From: Methanomassiliicoccus sp.
GTDB lineage: Archaea > Thermoplasmatota > Thermoplasmata > Methanomassiliicoccales > UBA472
DNA length: 64,000 nucleotides
Assembly (NCBI GenBank): GCA_004525545.1
Contig: SPCU01000001.1
Span: 3,468 to 67,467 of the forward strand
Reading direction: 5' to 3'
This document shows, piece by piece, positions 18,362 through 28,906 of the stretch (positions are counted from its first letter, which is position 1; each line of letters opens with the position of its first letter). The notes under the pieces were generated by a model, which made no database searches, was not told the DNA's origin, and saw only the letters and a program-made list of their open reading frames with translations. A program made the position numbers and the translations under genes.

Positions 18362-19257
18362 CATTCCTGGGCACCGGCGGCAGCGTTCCAACTACCAAAC
18401 GGAACACGATGTCGATCGCCCTACGTCGGGGGTCGGAGGTACTACTTTTCGATTGTGGGGAGGGTACCCAAAGGCAGCTGATGTCATCATCCGTCTCCTT
18501 TATGCGCATCACCAGGATATTCATCACCCATCATCACGGAGATCATTTCCTAGGTCTGCCCGGTCTGATCCAGTCCATGAACTTCTACGGTCGCACGGCC
18601 GTTCTGGAGATATACGGGCCGGAAGGGACCGCCGACCTGGTGACCCGACTGCTCGGTCTGGGCACATTCGACCTGCAATATCAGGTACACGGCATGGACC
18701 TGGCCCCAGGACAAACGGTCGCTGGAGAAGGCTACCGGATCACTGCCTTCGGGACCGCCCACACCACCCCATCCCTGGGTTTCGCATTTCACGAGGAGGA
18801 CAGACCAGGTAGGTTCGATCCGCAAAGGGCATTGGACCTCGGGATCAAGGAAGGGCCGAACTTCTCAAGACTGGTTCACGGAGAGAGCGTGATGGTTGGT
18901 GAGGAGCGCGTTACTCCGGAGGAGGTCATGGGGCCCCCAAGAAAGGGATTGAATATCGTATACAGCGGCGATTCCTCCCCATGCCAGGAAATGCGTGACG
19001 CATCCCAGGGCGCGGACGTTTTGATACACGAGGCCACAGTGACCTCGGATCTGAGCGAGAAGGCCAAGGAATACGGCCATAGCACCTCCAAGGACGCGGC
19101 GGTTCTGGCCAAGGACGTCGATGCGAAGGTGCTCTATCTGGTCCATATCAGCGGGAGGTACGACGAGGTTGAGCCGCTTCTTCTGGAAGCCCAAGGAATA
19201 TTTCCCAATACGATAATCCCAAGTGATCTGGATACCTTCATTGTAAGGAAAGAATAG
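18352..19257 (+). CDS. rnz: Ribonuclease Z
   Basis: FLGTGGSVP, DCGEGTQRQ, THHHGDH, GP exosite, HEAT, GHST, HISGRY. Confidence 0.95.
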   Translation: MDLTFLGTGGSVPTTKRNTMSIALRRGSEVLLFDCGEGTQRQLMSSSVSFMRITRIFITHHHGDHFLGLPGLIQSMNFYGRTAVLEIYGPEGTADLVTRLLGLGTFDLQYQVHGMDLAPGQTVAGEGYRITAFGTAHTTPSLGFAFHEEDRPGRFDPQRALDLGIKEGPNFSRLVHGESVMVGEERVTPEEVMGPPRKGLNIVYSGDSSPCQEMRDASQGADVLIHEATVTSDLSEKAKEYGHSTSKDAAVLAKDVDAKVLYLVHISGRYDEVEPLLLEAQGIFPNTIIPSDLDTFIVRKE

Positions 19258-19278
19258 AAATTCATATGTGAATATTAA

Positions 19279-19842
19279 TTACATCAGCTTGAGCAGATCG
19301 GCAGATGTTATTATCCCGGTCATGTCACCGTTCTTGCTCACCATGACCGCGTGGGAACAGCTCAGTAGGGATGTCACCGCCTCAATGGGAGTATTCTCGT
19401 TCACAATGGGAAAAGCTTCATCCATCATCTCATTGACCTTGAGCTCGACGATGGTCTCCATGCTTTCACCGTCCCTCAATCTGGTCAGGATTATCATCTC
19501 GCTTATGCTACCCACATGCTGGCGTCCTTGGAAGACCGGCATTTGGGAAATCCCGCTCGAACGCATCAGGTCAGTTGCGGCCCTGACCTTTTCCGTGGCC
19601 TGGACCCCTACGATGTCCTTGGTGGCCAGGTCCACCGCCTTACTAGCTTTGGACCTCCTGCGGGATTCCTCTTGCAAAAAGGTGAATATCTTGGTCACCG
19701 CCTCGTAACTTCCTTTAATATTCCCTCTTTCCAGCTTTGCTATGGTGGACTGGCTGACCCCACTCGAACGTGCAAGTTCTGATTGCGTGATGTCCAAGGA
19801 CTTACGTAGATGTTTGATATCCATTTCAGGAGGGAACTTCAT
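19279..19842 (-). CDS. XRE-HTH plus CBS-pair transcriptional regulator
   Basis: ITQSELARSSGVSQSTIAKLERG followed by two CBS motifs; start approximate. Confidence 0.88.
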   Translation of the reverse strand: MKFPPEMDIKHLRKSLDITQSELARSSGVSQSTIAKLERGNIKGSYEAVTKIFTFLQEESRRRSKASKAVDLATKDIVGVQATEKVRAATDLMRSSGISQMPVFQGRQHVGSISEMIILTRLRDGESMETIVELKVNEMMDEAFPIVNENTPIEAVTSLLSCSHAVMVSKNGDMTGIITSADLLKLM

Positions 19843-19973
19843 GCTATGTAATAGCATTATTCATATAAGAATATTTGAGTCAATTACACTTATATCAAAT
19901 TAGGAATTTACAATGGCTTATTCAGCCCGGTAATCCCCGGGTCATTCGAATCAATACGAAAAGGTGAAGGTTC

Positions 19974-21272
19974 ATGGCAAAAGTCAGTTCAAAGGTCAAG
20001 GCTAGCGCGAAACCGGTGGCCCGCAAGGTAGCTCCAAAGAAGCCCTCAAAGAACATCGTTGTGGAGAGCATATTATCCACCCCATTGGCCCAGCAGAAGG
20101 TCGAATTGGTGGAGCGCAAGGGAATAGGTCATCCAGACAGCATATCTGATGGTATAGCCGAGGCCGTCTCCCGCGCCCTATGCAAGATGTATCTAGAGAG
20201 ATACGGGGAGATCCTACATCATAACACCGACCAGAACGAGATCGTCGGCGGACAGAGCGCCCCCAAGTTCGGCGGCGGTAAGATGCTGGAACCGATCTAC
20301 ATATTGCTTTCCGGAAGGGCAATAACCCAGGTGAACGGCGAGAGGTTGCCGTTCTCAACCGTGGCCATCACCGCGGCGAAGGAATATCTGACCCGCTTCC
20401 CTAATCTGGACATCGAGAACGATGTCATCGTGGACTGCAAGATCGGCAAGGGCTCTTTCGACCTGATCAAGAACTTCGAGGCCTTAGAGGACCGATGCAA
20501 GATGGAAGGACATGAGAACAATTGTCTGCTGGCCAACGACACCTCCTTCGGCTGTTCCTATGCCCCATACTCCGAGACCGAACTGGTCTGCCTGGAGACG
20601 GAAAAGTATGTCAACGGCGCCATGAAGAAGAAGCTCAAAGAGACCGGCGAGGATGTCAAGGTCATGTGTTCCCGGAGGGACAAGAAGATCACCATGACCA
20701 TCGCCTGCGCCATGGTCGATCGTTATATTCCTGACGCCGACCACTACGCCAGCGTCCTGAAGGAGATGAAAGAGAGGGTCCTGGACAACGCCACGAAGTA
20801 CACCGATTATGATGTTGAACTGGACATCAACCATGCTGATAACCCGGCGACCGGCAATTTCTATCTGACCGTCACCGGTCTGAGCGCTGAGAACGGAGAC
20901 GATGGATCGGTGGGACGCGGAAACCGTATGAACGGACTAATCACACCTTACCGTCCTATGTCCATGGAAGCCTCCGCCGGTAAGAACCCCGTCACCCACG
21001 TGGGCAAGATGTACAACATCCTGGCCAACTGGATCGCCAACGATATCGTGAAGAAGAGCAACGGCAACATCTTGGAAGCCAATGTGCGCATCCTGTCTCA
21101 GATAGGTCGTCATATCAGCGATCCCGAGACCTGCAGCGTACAACTGTTCATGGCCCCCGGTGCGGACTTCAAGAAGTGGCAGAAGGAAGCCTATGCTATC
21201 TCTGACGAATGGTTAGAGAACATTGGTAAGGTGACGGAGAAAGTTGTAAAAGGACAGGTAACGGTATTCTGA
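19974..21272 (+). CDS. mat: Archaeal S-adenosylmethionine synthetase
   Basis: VERKGIGHPD, HHNTD, ANDTSFG, GEDVKVM, GKNPVTHVGK. Confidence 0.95.
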   Translation: MAKVSSKVKASAKPVARKVAPKKPSKNIVVESILSTPLAQQKVELVERKGIGHPDSISDGIAEAVSRALCKMYLERYGEILHHNTDQNEIVGGQSAPKFGGGKMLEPIYILLSGRAITQVNGERLPFSTVAITAAKEYLTRFPNLDIENDVIVDCKIGKGSFDLIKNFEALEDRCKMEGHENNCLLANDTSFGCSYAPYSETELVCLETEKYVNGAMKKKLKETGEDVKVMCSRRDKKITMTIACAMVDRYIPDADHYASVLKEMKERVLDNATKYTDYDVELDINHADNPATGNFYLTVTGLSAENGDDGSVGRGNRMNGLITPYRPMSMEASAGKNPVTHVGKMYNILANWIANDIVKKSNGNILEANVRILSQIGRHISDPETCSVQLFMAPGADFKKWQKEAYAISDEWLENIGKVTEKVVKGQVTVF

Positions 21273-21275
21273 ATC

Positions 21276-21860
21276 ATGAAACTCGTCGATCTGCCCCGCT
21301 ACGGTCCGGTGCACCGCTTTGGAAACCATCACGTGTACCGCACGTTGATGGCGCTCTCGGACCAGAAACGTAAAGGAAGAAAGCATATAGCGGACGTGGT
21401 GGGCATCGGCGAAGGCAGTATGCGGACGATAATCGAGTACCTACGAGGCCTTGATATGATCGACATCCGGCAGACCGGGGTCAAGATCACCCGCCACGGA
21501 AACGACTTCCTATCCAATCTTCCCATTAAGATGGCCAACATCGGTCATGGCTCCATCGCCCTGGGACAGGAGTGCGTGGCGGTACAGATGAGCAATAACA
21601 GTGACAATATCAAGCTGGGTGTGGAGCAGAGAGACTCGGCCATCATGGCCGGGGCGGATGGCGCTACAACACTGGTGGTAAGAGGTGGAAAGATGATAGT
21701 ACCACCCGACTATGAGTTGGACGAGCACGATCCAGCTATTACCGCCCTACTTCGCTCCGTCTTCAACATCCGCAACGGAGATGCCATAATCATCGGCACC
21801 GCCCCCACCGTGGCCATGGCGGAGGACGGGGCGTTGGCGGCGGCCTTCGATCTACTTTAA
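21276..21860 (+). CDS. wHTH protein (DUF4443/DUF2111-like) downstream of mat
   Basis: [34 protein letters not shown]. Confidence 0.7.
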   Translation: MKLVDLPRYGPVHRFGNHHVYRTLMALSDQKRKGRKHIADVVGIGEGSMRTIIEYLRGLDMIDIRQTGVKITRHGNDFLSNLPIKMANIGHGSIALGQECVAVQMSNNSDNIKLGVEQRDSAIMAGADGATTLVVRGGKMIVPPDYELDEHDPAITALLRSVFNIRNGDAIIIGTAPTVAMAEDGALAAAFDLL

Positions 21861-23870
21861 CATCCTTTCTATCTCCGTCAGGTCCTCTGTTTCCGGCAGA
21901 CAGGTGCCTTTTAGGCAAAGACGGTAAGAAGGTCTCTGACGGACCGCGCCCTTCTCCAGGTGCTCGGCCATTATGGTCATCAGATGAGGGTGGTATCCCT
22001 CGATATGAAGGTTCCCGGGCCCGAATATCTCCAACGTTTTGCTCGTTTCCTTCATGAGGACCCCATTGATGAACATGGCATATGACGAGGTCACTACCCG
22101 CAGTTCCTTTAGGAAATGACGCTCGCTGCCCTCCACGACCGATACTATCCGCGCGTCGTTGAACAGTGCGGCCAGTTGTACTAGGATGAAGTAGGCGATC
22201 GAATTGCCCGAGGGCGCGGCACCGTCATAAAGGTCCTTGATACGAACCAGCAATAATGGGTCTTCCCGCGACATGAAGAGACCGCCCTCCTCCTTGTCGG
22301 CAAATAGGTTTATCATCTGCTCAGTGAGGCCCAGCACCCTCTCCAATTGTTTCGCTTCGTGGGTCAGATAATACATCTCTAAATGGGCCCAGGCCAGGCT
22401 TGCGTGGTCATCGAGGAAGGATGGGGCGCCAACATGTCCCGTTCGACTGTTATGGTATAGTTCCCCATCGACCACCATCCTTTCCTCCAAGAAGGTGAGC
22501 GCTTGTTTAGCCATGCGCAAAGCTCTTTCCGAACCTAGGTAGCGATGCGCTTTGCATAGGGCGACGATCATAAGACCGTTCCAATCCGTCAATATCTTGT
22601 CGTCAAGGGCAGGGTCAGGTCGTTGATCTCTTTTCGATCTCAATGTTTCCCGTAGATCAACGTCCCATGCCATTAGGGCGACCGGGTCCATCCCCTTCTT
22701 CGTGGCATGTTCGGCCACGAACGAGGTGAGATGCAGAACGTTCTTGCCCGACCTCATGTGTGTCCCCTCATCCCGATAATTGCCGGAATCCCAGATCCCG
22801 TAGAGCTCCTTGAAGATGACCATGTCCTCTGCGGATAGAAGTGAGGATAGCTCATCGTACGTCCAAAGATAGGTCGACCCCTCCTCACCGGCCGCATCAG
22901 CGTCCTCGGAAGAGAAGAAGCCGCCTTCGAGCGAGGTCAAACGTTTTTCCACATACACGATCAGTTCCTCGGCGGCCTGACGGTATTCCTGTTTGGCGGT
23001 GATGGCATAGGCTTCGGTCAAGGCCATCAATATCAATGCCTGGTCGTAAAGCATCTTCTCGAAATGGGGTAGGTGCCATCGGGGGTCCGTGGAGTAGCGG
23101 TGGAAGCCTCCTCCGACGTGGTCCCTGATCCCCCCCTTGATCATGTTATCCAGCGTTTTAACAACCATATCGAGGGCCACTTGATCGTGATGTTCCCTCC
23201 AATACCGCATAAGGAAGATCAATTTATGTGGAGAGGGAAATTTGCGTTCCCCGTCAAAGCCACCGTACTTAGGTTCGTAATCCTCTTTCAATCGCTCCAG
23301 GGCGAGCAGTGGTAATGTTGAGACATCGCCCTCGTCTGGGTCTCGTTCGAACGAATCGAGCATCTCCAGGACCTTGACCGTCACACCCTTGATATCATCC
23401 CTTTCTTCCAGCCAGACCTTGTTCACCGCCGGCACGAGTTCCAGCATGCCGGTCATTCCCTGTTTGGAAAAACGAGGCAGGTAGGTCCCGGTCCAAAAGG
23501 GGACCCGGTCCGGGGTCATTATGATGGTAAGCGGCCATCCTCCGCCACCGGTCATCATCTGGCAGACCTTCATGTACAGGCTGTCCACGTCCGGACGCTC
23601 TTCTCGGTCCACTTTGATGTTGACGAACGTCTCGTTCATAAGGCGGGCCACCTCGAGGTCCTCGAAGCTCTCCCGTTCCATCACATGGCACCAGTGGCAG
23701 GAAGAATAACCTATGGAAAGGAAAATGGGCCGGTCGAGCTCCCTAGCAGCCGCGAACGCCTCCTCCCCCCAAGGATACCAGTCCACCGGATTATACGCGT
23801 GCTGTAAAAGATAGGGGCTCCTCTCCCCGACAAGGCGATTTCCCTTTCTTTCCTCTACCATAATTTCCAT
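21852..23870 (-). CDS. YyaL/DUF255 thioredoxin-domain protein
   Basis: [48 protein letters not shown]. Confidence 0.92.
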   Translation of the reverse strand: MEIMVEERKGNRLVGERSPYLLQHAYNPVDWYPWGEEAFAAARELDRPIFLSIGYSSCHWCHVMERESFEDLEVARLMNETFVNIKVDREERPDVDSLYMKVCQMMTGGGGWPLTIIMTPDRVPFWTGTYLPRFSKQGMTGMLELVPAVNKVWLEERDDIKGVTVKVLEMLDSFERDPDEGDVSTLPLLALERLKEDYEPKYGGFDGERKFPSPHKLIFLMRYWREHHDQVALDMVVKTLDNMIKGGIRDHVGGGFHRYSTDPRWHLPHFEKMLYDQALILMALTEAYAITAKQEYRQAAEELIVYVEKRLTSLEGGFFSSEDADAAGEEGSTYLWTYDELSSLLSAEDMVIFKELYGIWDSGNYRDEGTHMRSGKNVLHLTSFVAEHATKKGMDPVALMAWDVDLRETLRSKRDQRPDPALDDKILTDWNGLMIVALCKAHRYLGSERALRMAKQALTFLEERMVVDGELYHNSRTGHVGAPSFLDDHASLAWAHLEMYYLTHEAKQLERVLGLTEQMINLFADKEEGGLFMSREDPLLLVRIKDLYDGAAPSGNSIAYFILVQLAALFNDARIVSVVEGSERHFLKELRVVTSSYAMFINGVLMKETSKTLEIFGPGNLHIEGYHPHLMTIMAEHLEKGAVRQRPSYRLCLKGTCLPETEDLTEIERMLK

Positions 23871-24314
23871 GAACGAAGCTGCAAGGTAATCTAACTTACC
23901 CTTGACATCTGGACCAATGGTATGGATGAAAGTATGAAATGAGGATTTGAACAGATCGGTCGTTCAAGCAAAGGGATGGGACGCACGAGTGAGCATTCGC
24001 AAAGATGAGGGCGGAATTAGGGATGGTGTTGGACTCGGTGCAGCCGAGTCGCTAAAATACGCCACATCCTCTATCCCGATGGTGATAGTGATCTCGATCG
24101 GCATCAACTGGTTATCCATGCCATAGTTCCGAATGTTTATAAAAGACAAGAAAGGGTAATAAGAGGTTTGGAAGTGGTTTGGAAAGCCGGTCGTCATCGA
24201 CCGTAAACCCCTTTTTACGTTTCTCCTCCCATTGGTCCGATAGGATTTTCGAATCCCCTTATCCCGTCGAACGTCAATGGTCATGAAATTATCTTTTAAA
24301 TAAATTTGTGTGCG

Positions 24315-24347
24315 TAATAAAATGAAAAAGGGTTTGAAGAGGTTTGA
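24315..24347 (-). terminator. Pyrimidine/poly-T terminator after the glutamate-synthase-like gene
   Basis: Minus strand reads TCAAACCTCTTCAAACCCTTTTTCATTTT just after the stop. Confidence 0.55.
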
Positions 24348-24356
24348 TGCAGTCGT

Positions 24357-25967
24357 TCACCATTTTTCCATCATGGGCATCATTACCCTTTCCGCCATGT
24401 TCTCCAGGGTCTCGATTCCGGTGACCTTCTGGGCATAGGGCGTTAGGGAGGCGATGTCCATACGTTCGATGTGCTGGAACTTGAACTTGCGACTGCCGGC
24501 CATGAGCTGCTTTAGACCTTCTCCCACGCGTTCAAAGTAGGTGTACTCGCCCACTGCGCCATAGGGTATATCCTTACCCAATAGTTTCCCAGGGAAGCGG
24601 TCCTCGATCTCCTGAGCGTTGATGAAGAAATGACGGGGGTTGGTGCCATAGCAGGTTGCGAAACCGCTGGGCAGGCTGTTGGCCTCGGCCAGTTTCAAGT
24701 AGTTGTGGCTCTTCATGACCGTCAGCAAAGGAGCACGGGCCATGGCGATGGCCTTAACCAGGGGCCCATCGCCAAGATTGCTCATGGCCATGGACTTGTA
24801 GATCTGTGTCTCGTTGACGAAACCACCAGCCATGACCAGGTCGGGTATGAACTTGCCCTTCTTCTTCATGACCTGGGCGCACATCATTATCTGTGCCTGA
24901 AGATGCACCGTCGGGGTGCTCATCTCGTTCATCATGGGGACCGGGGACATACCAGTACCGCCGCCAGCTCCGTCGAAGGTCAGCATGTCGATCTTGGCCT
25001 CGGATGCCGCCTTCATGGTGAAGGCCACCACCTCAGGACGATAGGCTCCGGTCTTCAGGAAGACATACTTGGCACCCTTGGACCGAAGGTCCTCTGCATC
25101 CTCGACGAACGACTTATGCTCAGGGAATCCCACGCGAGAATGCCTCTCGAAGCTCTTGAAAGTGCCATTCTTGAACGCCTCCTGAACATCCTTGTCCTCG
25201 GGGTCTGGCAACACCAGGTATCCCCTCTTCTTCAATTCCAGGGCCCGCTCCAAAGTGGTGAGCCTGACCTCGCCGCCGATTGCCTTGGCGCCCTGTCCCC
25301 ATTTCCTTTCTATGATGTCTACCTCCAACTTGGACAGCGCGTATTCGTCCACGCCGCCACGCTGGTCCTCGACATTGGTCTGAACGGCGATGCCACCGTG
25401 CTTCCCGTCCCATAGCTCACGGAAGGAGTTGACGCGGAACTCCAGATCGGGGGATCGGGTAACCTTGCCGTTGCTGTACGTGGACTCGTGGTCCATTCCG
25501 CACACGTTCTCGCCCACGGTCTGAATTATTCCGCTTATGGCAGCGCCTTTCGCCATAGCATCCCAGTGACGCCTGGCGACGGCGGTGGAGCCCATACCGG
25601 CGATGACCAGGGGTACCTTGAGGGGGATGGGATTCTTGGAGTGACTAGCAACATAGGTGGTGACGTCGGCGTTCTCAAAGAACGCCTTGTCCGAAGTTGG
25701 TTCGATGCCATAGGCACCGATCAGCTCGGCCATGATCTGGAAATGCGACCAGTCGAGGTGGAAATCCTTATTGGAGGCGGCGGTGCTCTTTCCGAAGTAC
25801 TCGGGGATCGGGTAAAGGACCTCGCGACCCCGGAAGGCGGATTTTCCTACTTCGCAAAGAACGTTGCAATCCTCAACGCAGATGGGGCACATACCGTTGA
25901 CCGGGCTGATATCCGACACTCTGGTCTTTGTGCCTGTTGTCGACCTACTGTTTTCTATGGTGTTCAA
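24357..25967 (-). CDS. FMN-binding glutamate synthase family protein (stand-alone FMN domain)
   Basis: KWGQGAKAIGGE, DGAGGGTGMSP, AGG..MAR; N-terminal Cys cluster CPICVEDCNVLC; start uncertain (TTG 25967 or GTG 25979 near AAGGAG). Confidence 0.85.
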   Translation of the reverse strand: MNTIENSRSTTGTKTRVSDISPVNGMCPICVEDCNVLCEVGKSAFRGREVLYPIPEYFGKSTAASNKDFHLDWSHFQIMAELIGAYGIEPTSDKAFFENADVTTYVASHSKNPIPLKVPLVIAGMGSTAVARRHWDAMAKGAAISGIIQTVGENVCGMDHESTYSNGKVTRSPDLEFRVNSFRELWDGKHGGIAVQTNVEDQRGGVDEYALSKLEVDIIERKWGQGAKAIGGEVRLTTLERALELKKRGYLVLPDPEDKDVQEAFKNGTFKSFERHSRVGFPEHKSFVEDAEDLRSKGAKYVFLKTGAYRPEVVAFTMKAASEAKIDMLTFDGAGGGTGMSPVPMMNEMSTPTVHLQAQIMMCAQVMKKKGKFIPDLVMAGGFVNETQIYKSMAMSNLGDGPLVKAIAMARAPLLTVMKSHNYLKLAEANSLPSGFATCYGTNPRHFFINAQEIEDRFPGKLLGKDIPYGAVGEYTYFERVGEGLKQLMAGSRKFKFQHIERMDIASLTPYAQKVTGIETLENMAERVMMPMMEKW

Positions 25968-26220
25968 GGTTGATTTCACGCTCCTTGTAGAACTATATTC
26001 CGCTTGGATTAGTTGTCCATATATGAATATTACCCAAAAGAAATTAGATGTTTGCTCATATCCTATATACATCTTATAGATGAATGTCTAATATAAGTAA
26101 GTCAGTAATAGTATAATCGATTATTTGTCTAAATTACATAATTATCGTATGTGAAAACGAGTAGGTTATCGGGGATAATGTTTATAATCAAAAACAATTA
26201 ACAAAGCCTGGTGTTCCTAG

Positions 26221-26421
26221 TTGGGTCTCAACATTAAATATCTAGGTGCGATTTGGGGGGCTGCGGTCGGTATCTTAATTGGAGACGTGGTCTATTTTTT
26301 AACAAATGAGGTGTCGGCCTTTCTATTGCTCATACCCTTCGCCTTGATCGGTTACATATTGGGGAAAAAATACTATCGCAAGCACGGTTCCTTAGATGAG
26401 ATGGCTCGAAAGCGTATGTAA
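26221..26421 (+). CDS. Small two-TM membrane protein
   Basis: Two hydrophobic helices and a basic tail. Confidence 0.6.
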   Translation: MGLNIKYLGAIWGAAVGILIGDVVYFLTNEVSAFLLLIPFALIGYILGKKYYRKHGSLDEMARKRM

Positions 26422-26472
26422 GCCAAAATTTAATACGCCACCATATCATGATGGACCGAGGAGTGGGTTCAT

Positions 26473-27006
26473 TTGCCTGACATCAGGGATAAGGTGGAAG
26501 ATGACCGAGGTCTACTAAAGAAGATCCAATTGGTCATACCGGGTTTCCGTGGCTATCGTATCAGGGAGGACCTTAGGGATTCCGATCGCATGCTCAGGGC
26601 GGAATTGGCTAAAAGACTGGGGCTGCAAAGGACTCAGCTGGAGGAAGCCAGAGGCGCTCTGGTACGCAATGATCCCATGTCCGATGCATTAGAGGAGATC
26701 GGTGGTGTCATCAACCTGTTTAAAAAGGTAGAAGGTGAAATGGCCCACGCCGAGGTCGGCTATTCCGGAATATCCGCCGACATTAAGATCAAGGATAGAG
26801 AGCTGGACAGTCTTTATGAGTATGACGCGTCCATGATCGAGAGCCTACAATTCATTGACCAGGCCTTGATCCAGGTGCCTGAAATGATCACGTCGGGAAA
26901 CGACAACGATCTGATGTTCGCGATCGATACTGTGAGGTACAGAGTGACCGGTCTCGAGGAACGATTCAAGCGCCGAAAGACCGCTATCACAGGAACGGGG
27001 TTGTGA
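26473..27006 (+). CDS. Helical hypothetical protein, upstream partner of the SPFH gene
   Basis: IPGFRGY..RE..R..D..LR pattern; SD GAGGAG; 4 nt from the SPFH gene. Confidence 0.75.
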   Translation: MPDIRDKVEDDRGLLKKIQLVIPGFRGYRIREDLRDSDRMLRAELAKRLGLQRTQLEEARGALVRNDPMSDALEEIGGVINLFKKVEGEMAHAEVGYSGISADIKIKDRELDSLYEYDASMIESLQFIDQALIQVPEMITSGNDNDLMFAIDTVRYRVTGLEERFKRRKTAITGTGL

Positions 27007-27010
27007 ACAC

Positions 27011-28153
27011 ATGAGCTTGATAGGTGCAGAGACATTCAATTGGGAGGAAGGGGAGAAGCGGAGCAACATCATGTACCGCATGCCTCGCAACATTCGTTTC
27101 AATGATAATATCGTAGTGCGGGAGGATGAGATCGCCGTGTTCTACCGGGACGGTAAAGCATTGGCATACCTGGACCGCCCAGACCGTTACGCTCTTACCT
27201 CGCTCAACGCCCCCATCATAGGCAAGGTCATTGAGGCCATATCGGGCGTCAGACAGCATGCTGAGGTCGTCTACCTGCAGAAGAAGGTGTTCGACGGAAA
27301 GTACGGCAGCAAGCAACCCTACCAGTTCCGGGACGCTGAGTTCGGCATGGTCAACCTCAGGGTCTTCGGTGAATTCCGTTACAAGGTCGGTTCCCCGGAG
27401 AACTTCGTCAACCAGTTCGTGGGCACCTTGAACTACGCAACCTCCGCCGAGGTGGAGGAGCGCATCAAGGAGCAGATGGTTGTGCTGATCTACAACGCCA
27501 TCGGTGACATGAAGAAAAAGGGCATGGCAGTGGCCGATCTCGCCAGCCAGCTGACCAACATTGAGCAGGTCATCCTGAACAAGGCGAAGGACCACTTCGG
27601 TCTTTATGGCATCCTTATCGACAAGGTCTCGGGTATGTATGTCTCCCTGCCGGACGAGGTTCAGAAGGCGGTGGACACTCGTGCATCCATGCAGATATTG
27701 AACACCAATTACGCCACATATCAGGCTGGCCAAGCCATGCGTGAGGCCGCCACCAACCCGTCGGGAGGCGCGGCAGCTGCGGGTGTAGGTATAGGCGCAG
27801 GGTTCGGTGCCGGTTACATGATGGTCGATGCCGTACGACAAGGCTCGCAACAACCTGCCCCTGGTGCGATACCAGCGGTTCCGGCCGCGGAAGCGGTGCC
27901 AGATGCGAACACGGTCCCTTGTCCCAAATGCAATGCGCCAAATCCTTCTGAGGCCAAGTTCTGCCGAAATTGCGGCAACAAACTGCAGACGGAGAAGATC
28001 ACCTGCAACAAGTGCGGTAAGGAGGTTCCAGCGAATTCCAAGTTCTGCTTGGAATGCGGGCAGCAGTTGAAAGAAAATAAGAAATGTCCGAAGTGTGGCA
28101 AGGAGTTGCCATTGTCCGCAAAGTTCTGCCCTGAATGTGGGACTGGGATTTAA
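27011..28153 (+). CDS. SPFH/Band-7 domain protein with C-terminal zinc ribbons (YdjI-like)
   Basis: IVVREDEIAVF..DGK, SLPDEVQKAVD, Gly/Ala linker, three CxxC..KFCxxCG repeats. Confidence 0.88.
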   Translation: MSLIGAETFNWEEGEKRSNIMYRMPRNIRFNDNIVVREDEIAVFYRDGKALAYLDRPDRYALTSLNAPIIGKVIEAISGVRQHAEVVYLQKKVFDGKYGSKQPYQFRDAEFGMVNLRVFGEFRYKVGSPENFVNQFVGTLNYATSAEVEERIKEQMVVLIYNAIGDMKKKGMAVADLASQLTNIEQVILNKAKDHFGLYGILIDKVSGMYVSLPDEVQKAVDTRASMQILNTNYATYQAGQAMREAATNPSGGAAAAGVGIGAGFGAGYMMVDAVRQGSQQPAPGAIPAVPAAEAVPDANTVPCPKCNAPNPSEAKFCRNCGNKLQTEKITCNKCGKEVPANSKFCLECGQQLKENKKCPKCGKELPLSAKFCPECGTGI

Positions 28154-28162
28154 GGTGTTCAA

Positions 28163-28906
28163 ATGGCTAGCATGAAATGCACCAAGTGCGGGGCACCGGT
28201 CGAGTTCGATGCAGGGGACAAGTTCGTAAAATGTTCCTACTGCTCCTCTCAGATCTATGTCGACCGTTCCGGGGCCGGGTTCTATTATGCATTACCTTTC
28301 GCCATGGGAGAGAACGACGCCATAGGCGTCTTTCGACGCTGGGGCGGAGGCTCTAACAAAGCCAAGGACTTGGACAAGCTGGCCCAGATATCCTCATTGA
28401 AGAAACAGTACTTTCCGGTCTACATGTTCAAACGGGATGTCGATGGTATGGAACAGGTTCACGTGGAACCTGCCGCCTCCACGACCTTGCCCGGATTGCA
28501 CAGTTTGAAGATACCAGGCGGTGACCTGAAGATATTCGATGATAAGTTCGACAGCTCGGGTGCTGAGCTGATCAAGCCGGACATCGAAATGGCCACCTAT
28601 CTTAGCGACCTACCTGGAGCGGCCAAGGAACAGGCATTGGTCTACTTCCCCATCTGGAGGTTGGACTATGTCTTCGAACAGCGCACTTTCGTGGTGGTCA
28701 TCAGCGCCTCATCGGGCGAGGTGTTCTCCGCCGACTTCCCTCAGCGGAGCTCAGTTGCTTACATGGCCGTGGCCGGCATCGGGTTCGTGGCCTTTCTGGC
28801 CGAAGGATTGCTGGCATTGAGCTCCCCGCTACCTGCGATGATCATGATGGTAGGAACCGTGGTCGCAGTGTTCTTAATGGCCAACTTCGTTGCCAGGAGG
28901 ATGTGA
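28163..28906 (+). CDS. Zinc-ribbon membrane protein
   Basis: CTKCG..CSYC; YFPVY and YFPIW motifs; two C-terminal TM helices. Confidence 0.78.
   Translation: MASMKCTKCGAPVEFDAGDKFVKCSYCSSQIYVDRSGAGFYYALPFAMGENDAIGVFRRWGGGSNKAKDLDKLAQISSLKKQYFPVYMFKRDVDGMEQVHVEPAASTTLPGLHSLKIPGGDLKIFDDKFDSSGAELIKPDIEMATYLSDLPGAAKEQALVYFPIWRLDYVFEQRTFVVVISASSGEVFSADFPQRSSVAYMAVAGIGFVAFLAEGLLALSSPLPAMIMMVGTVVAVFLMANFVARRM

Noticed and set aside
23964..24284. 106-aa minus-strand ORF
   Set aside because: No motif, crosses terminator-like and hairpin sequence; better explained as non-coding
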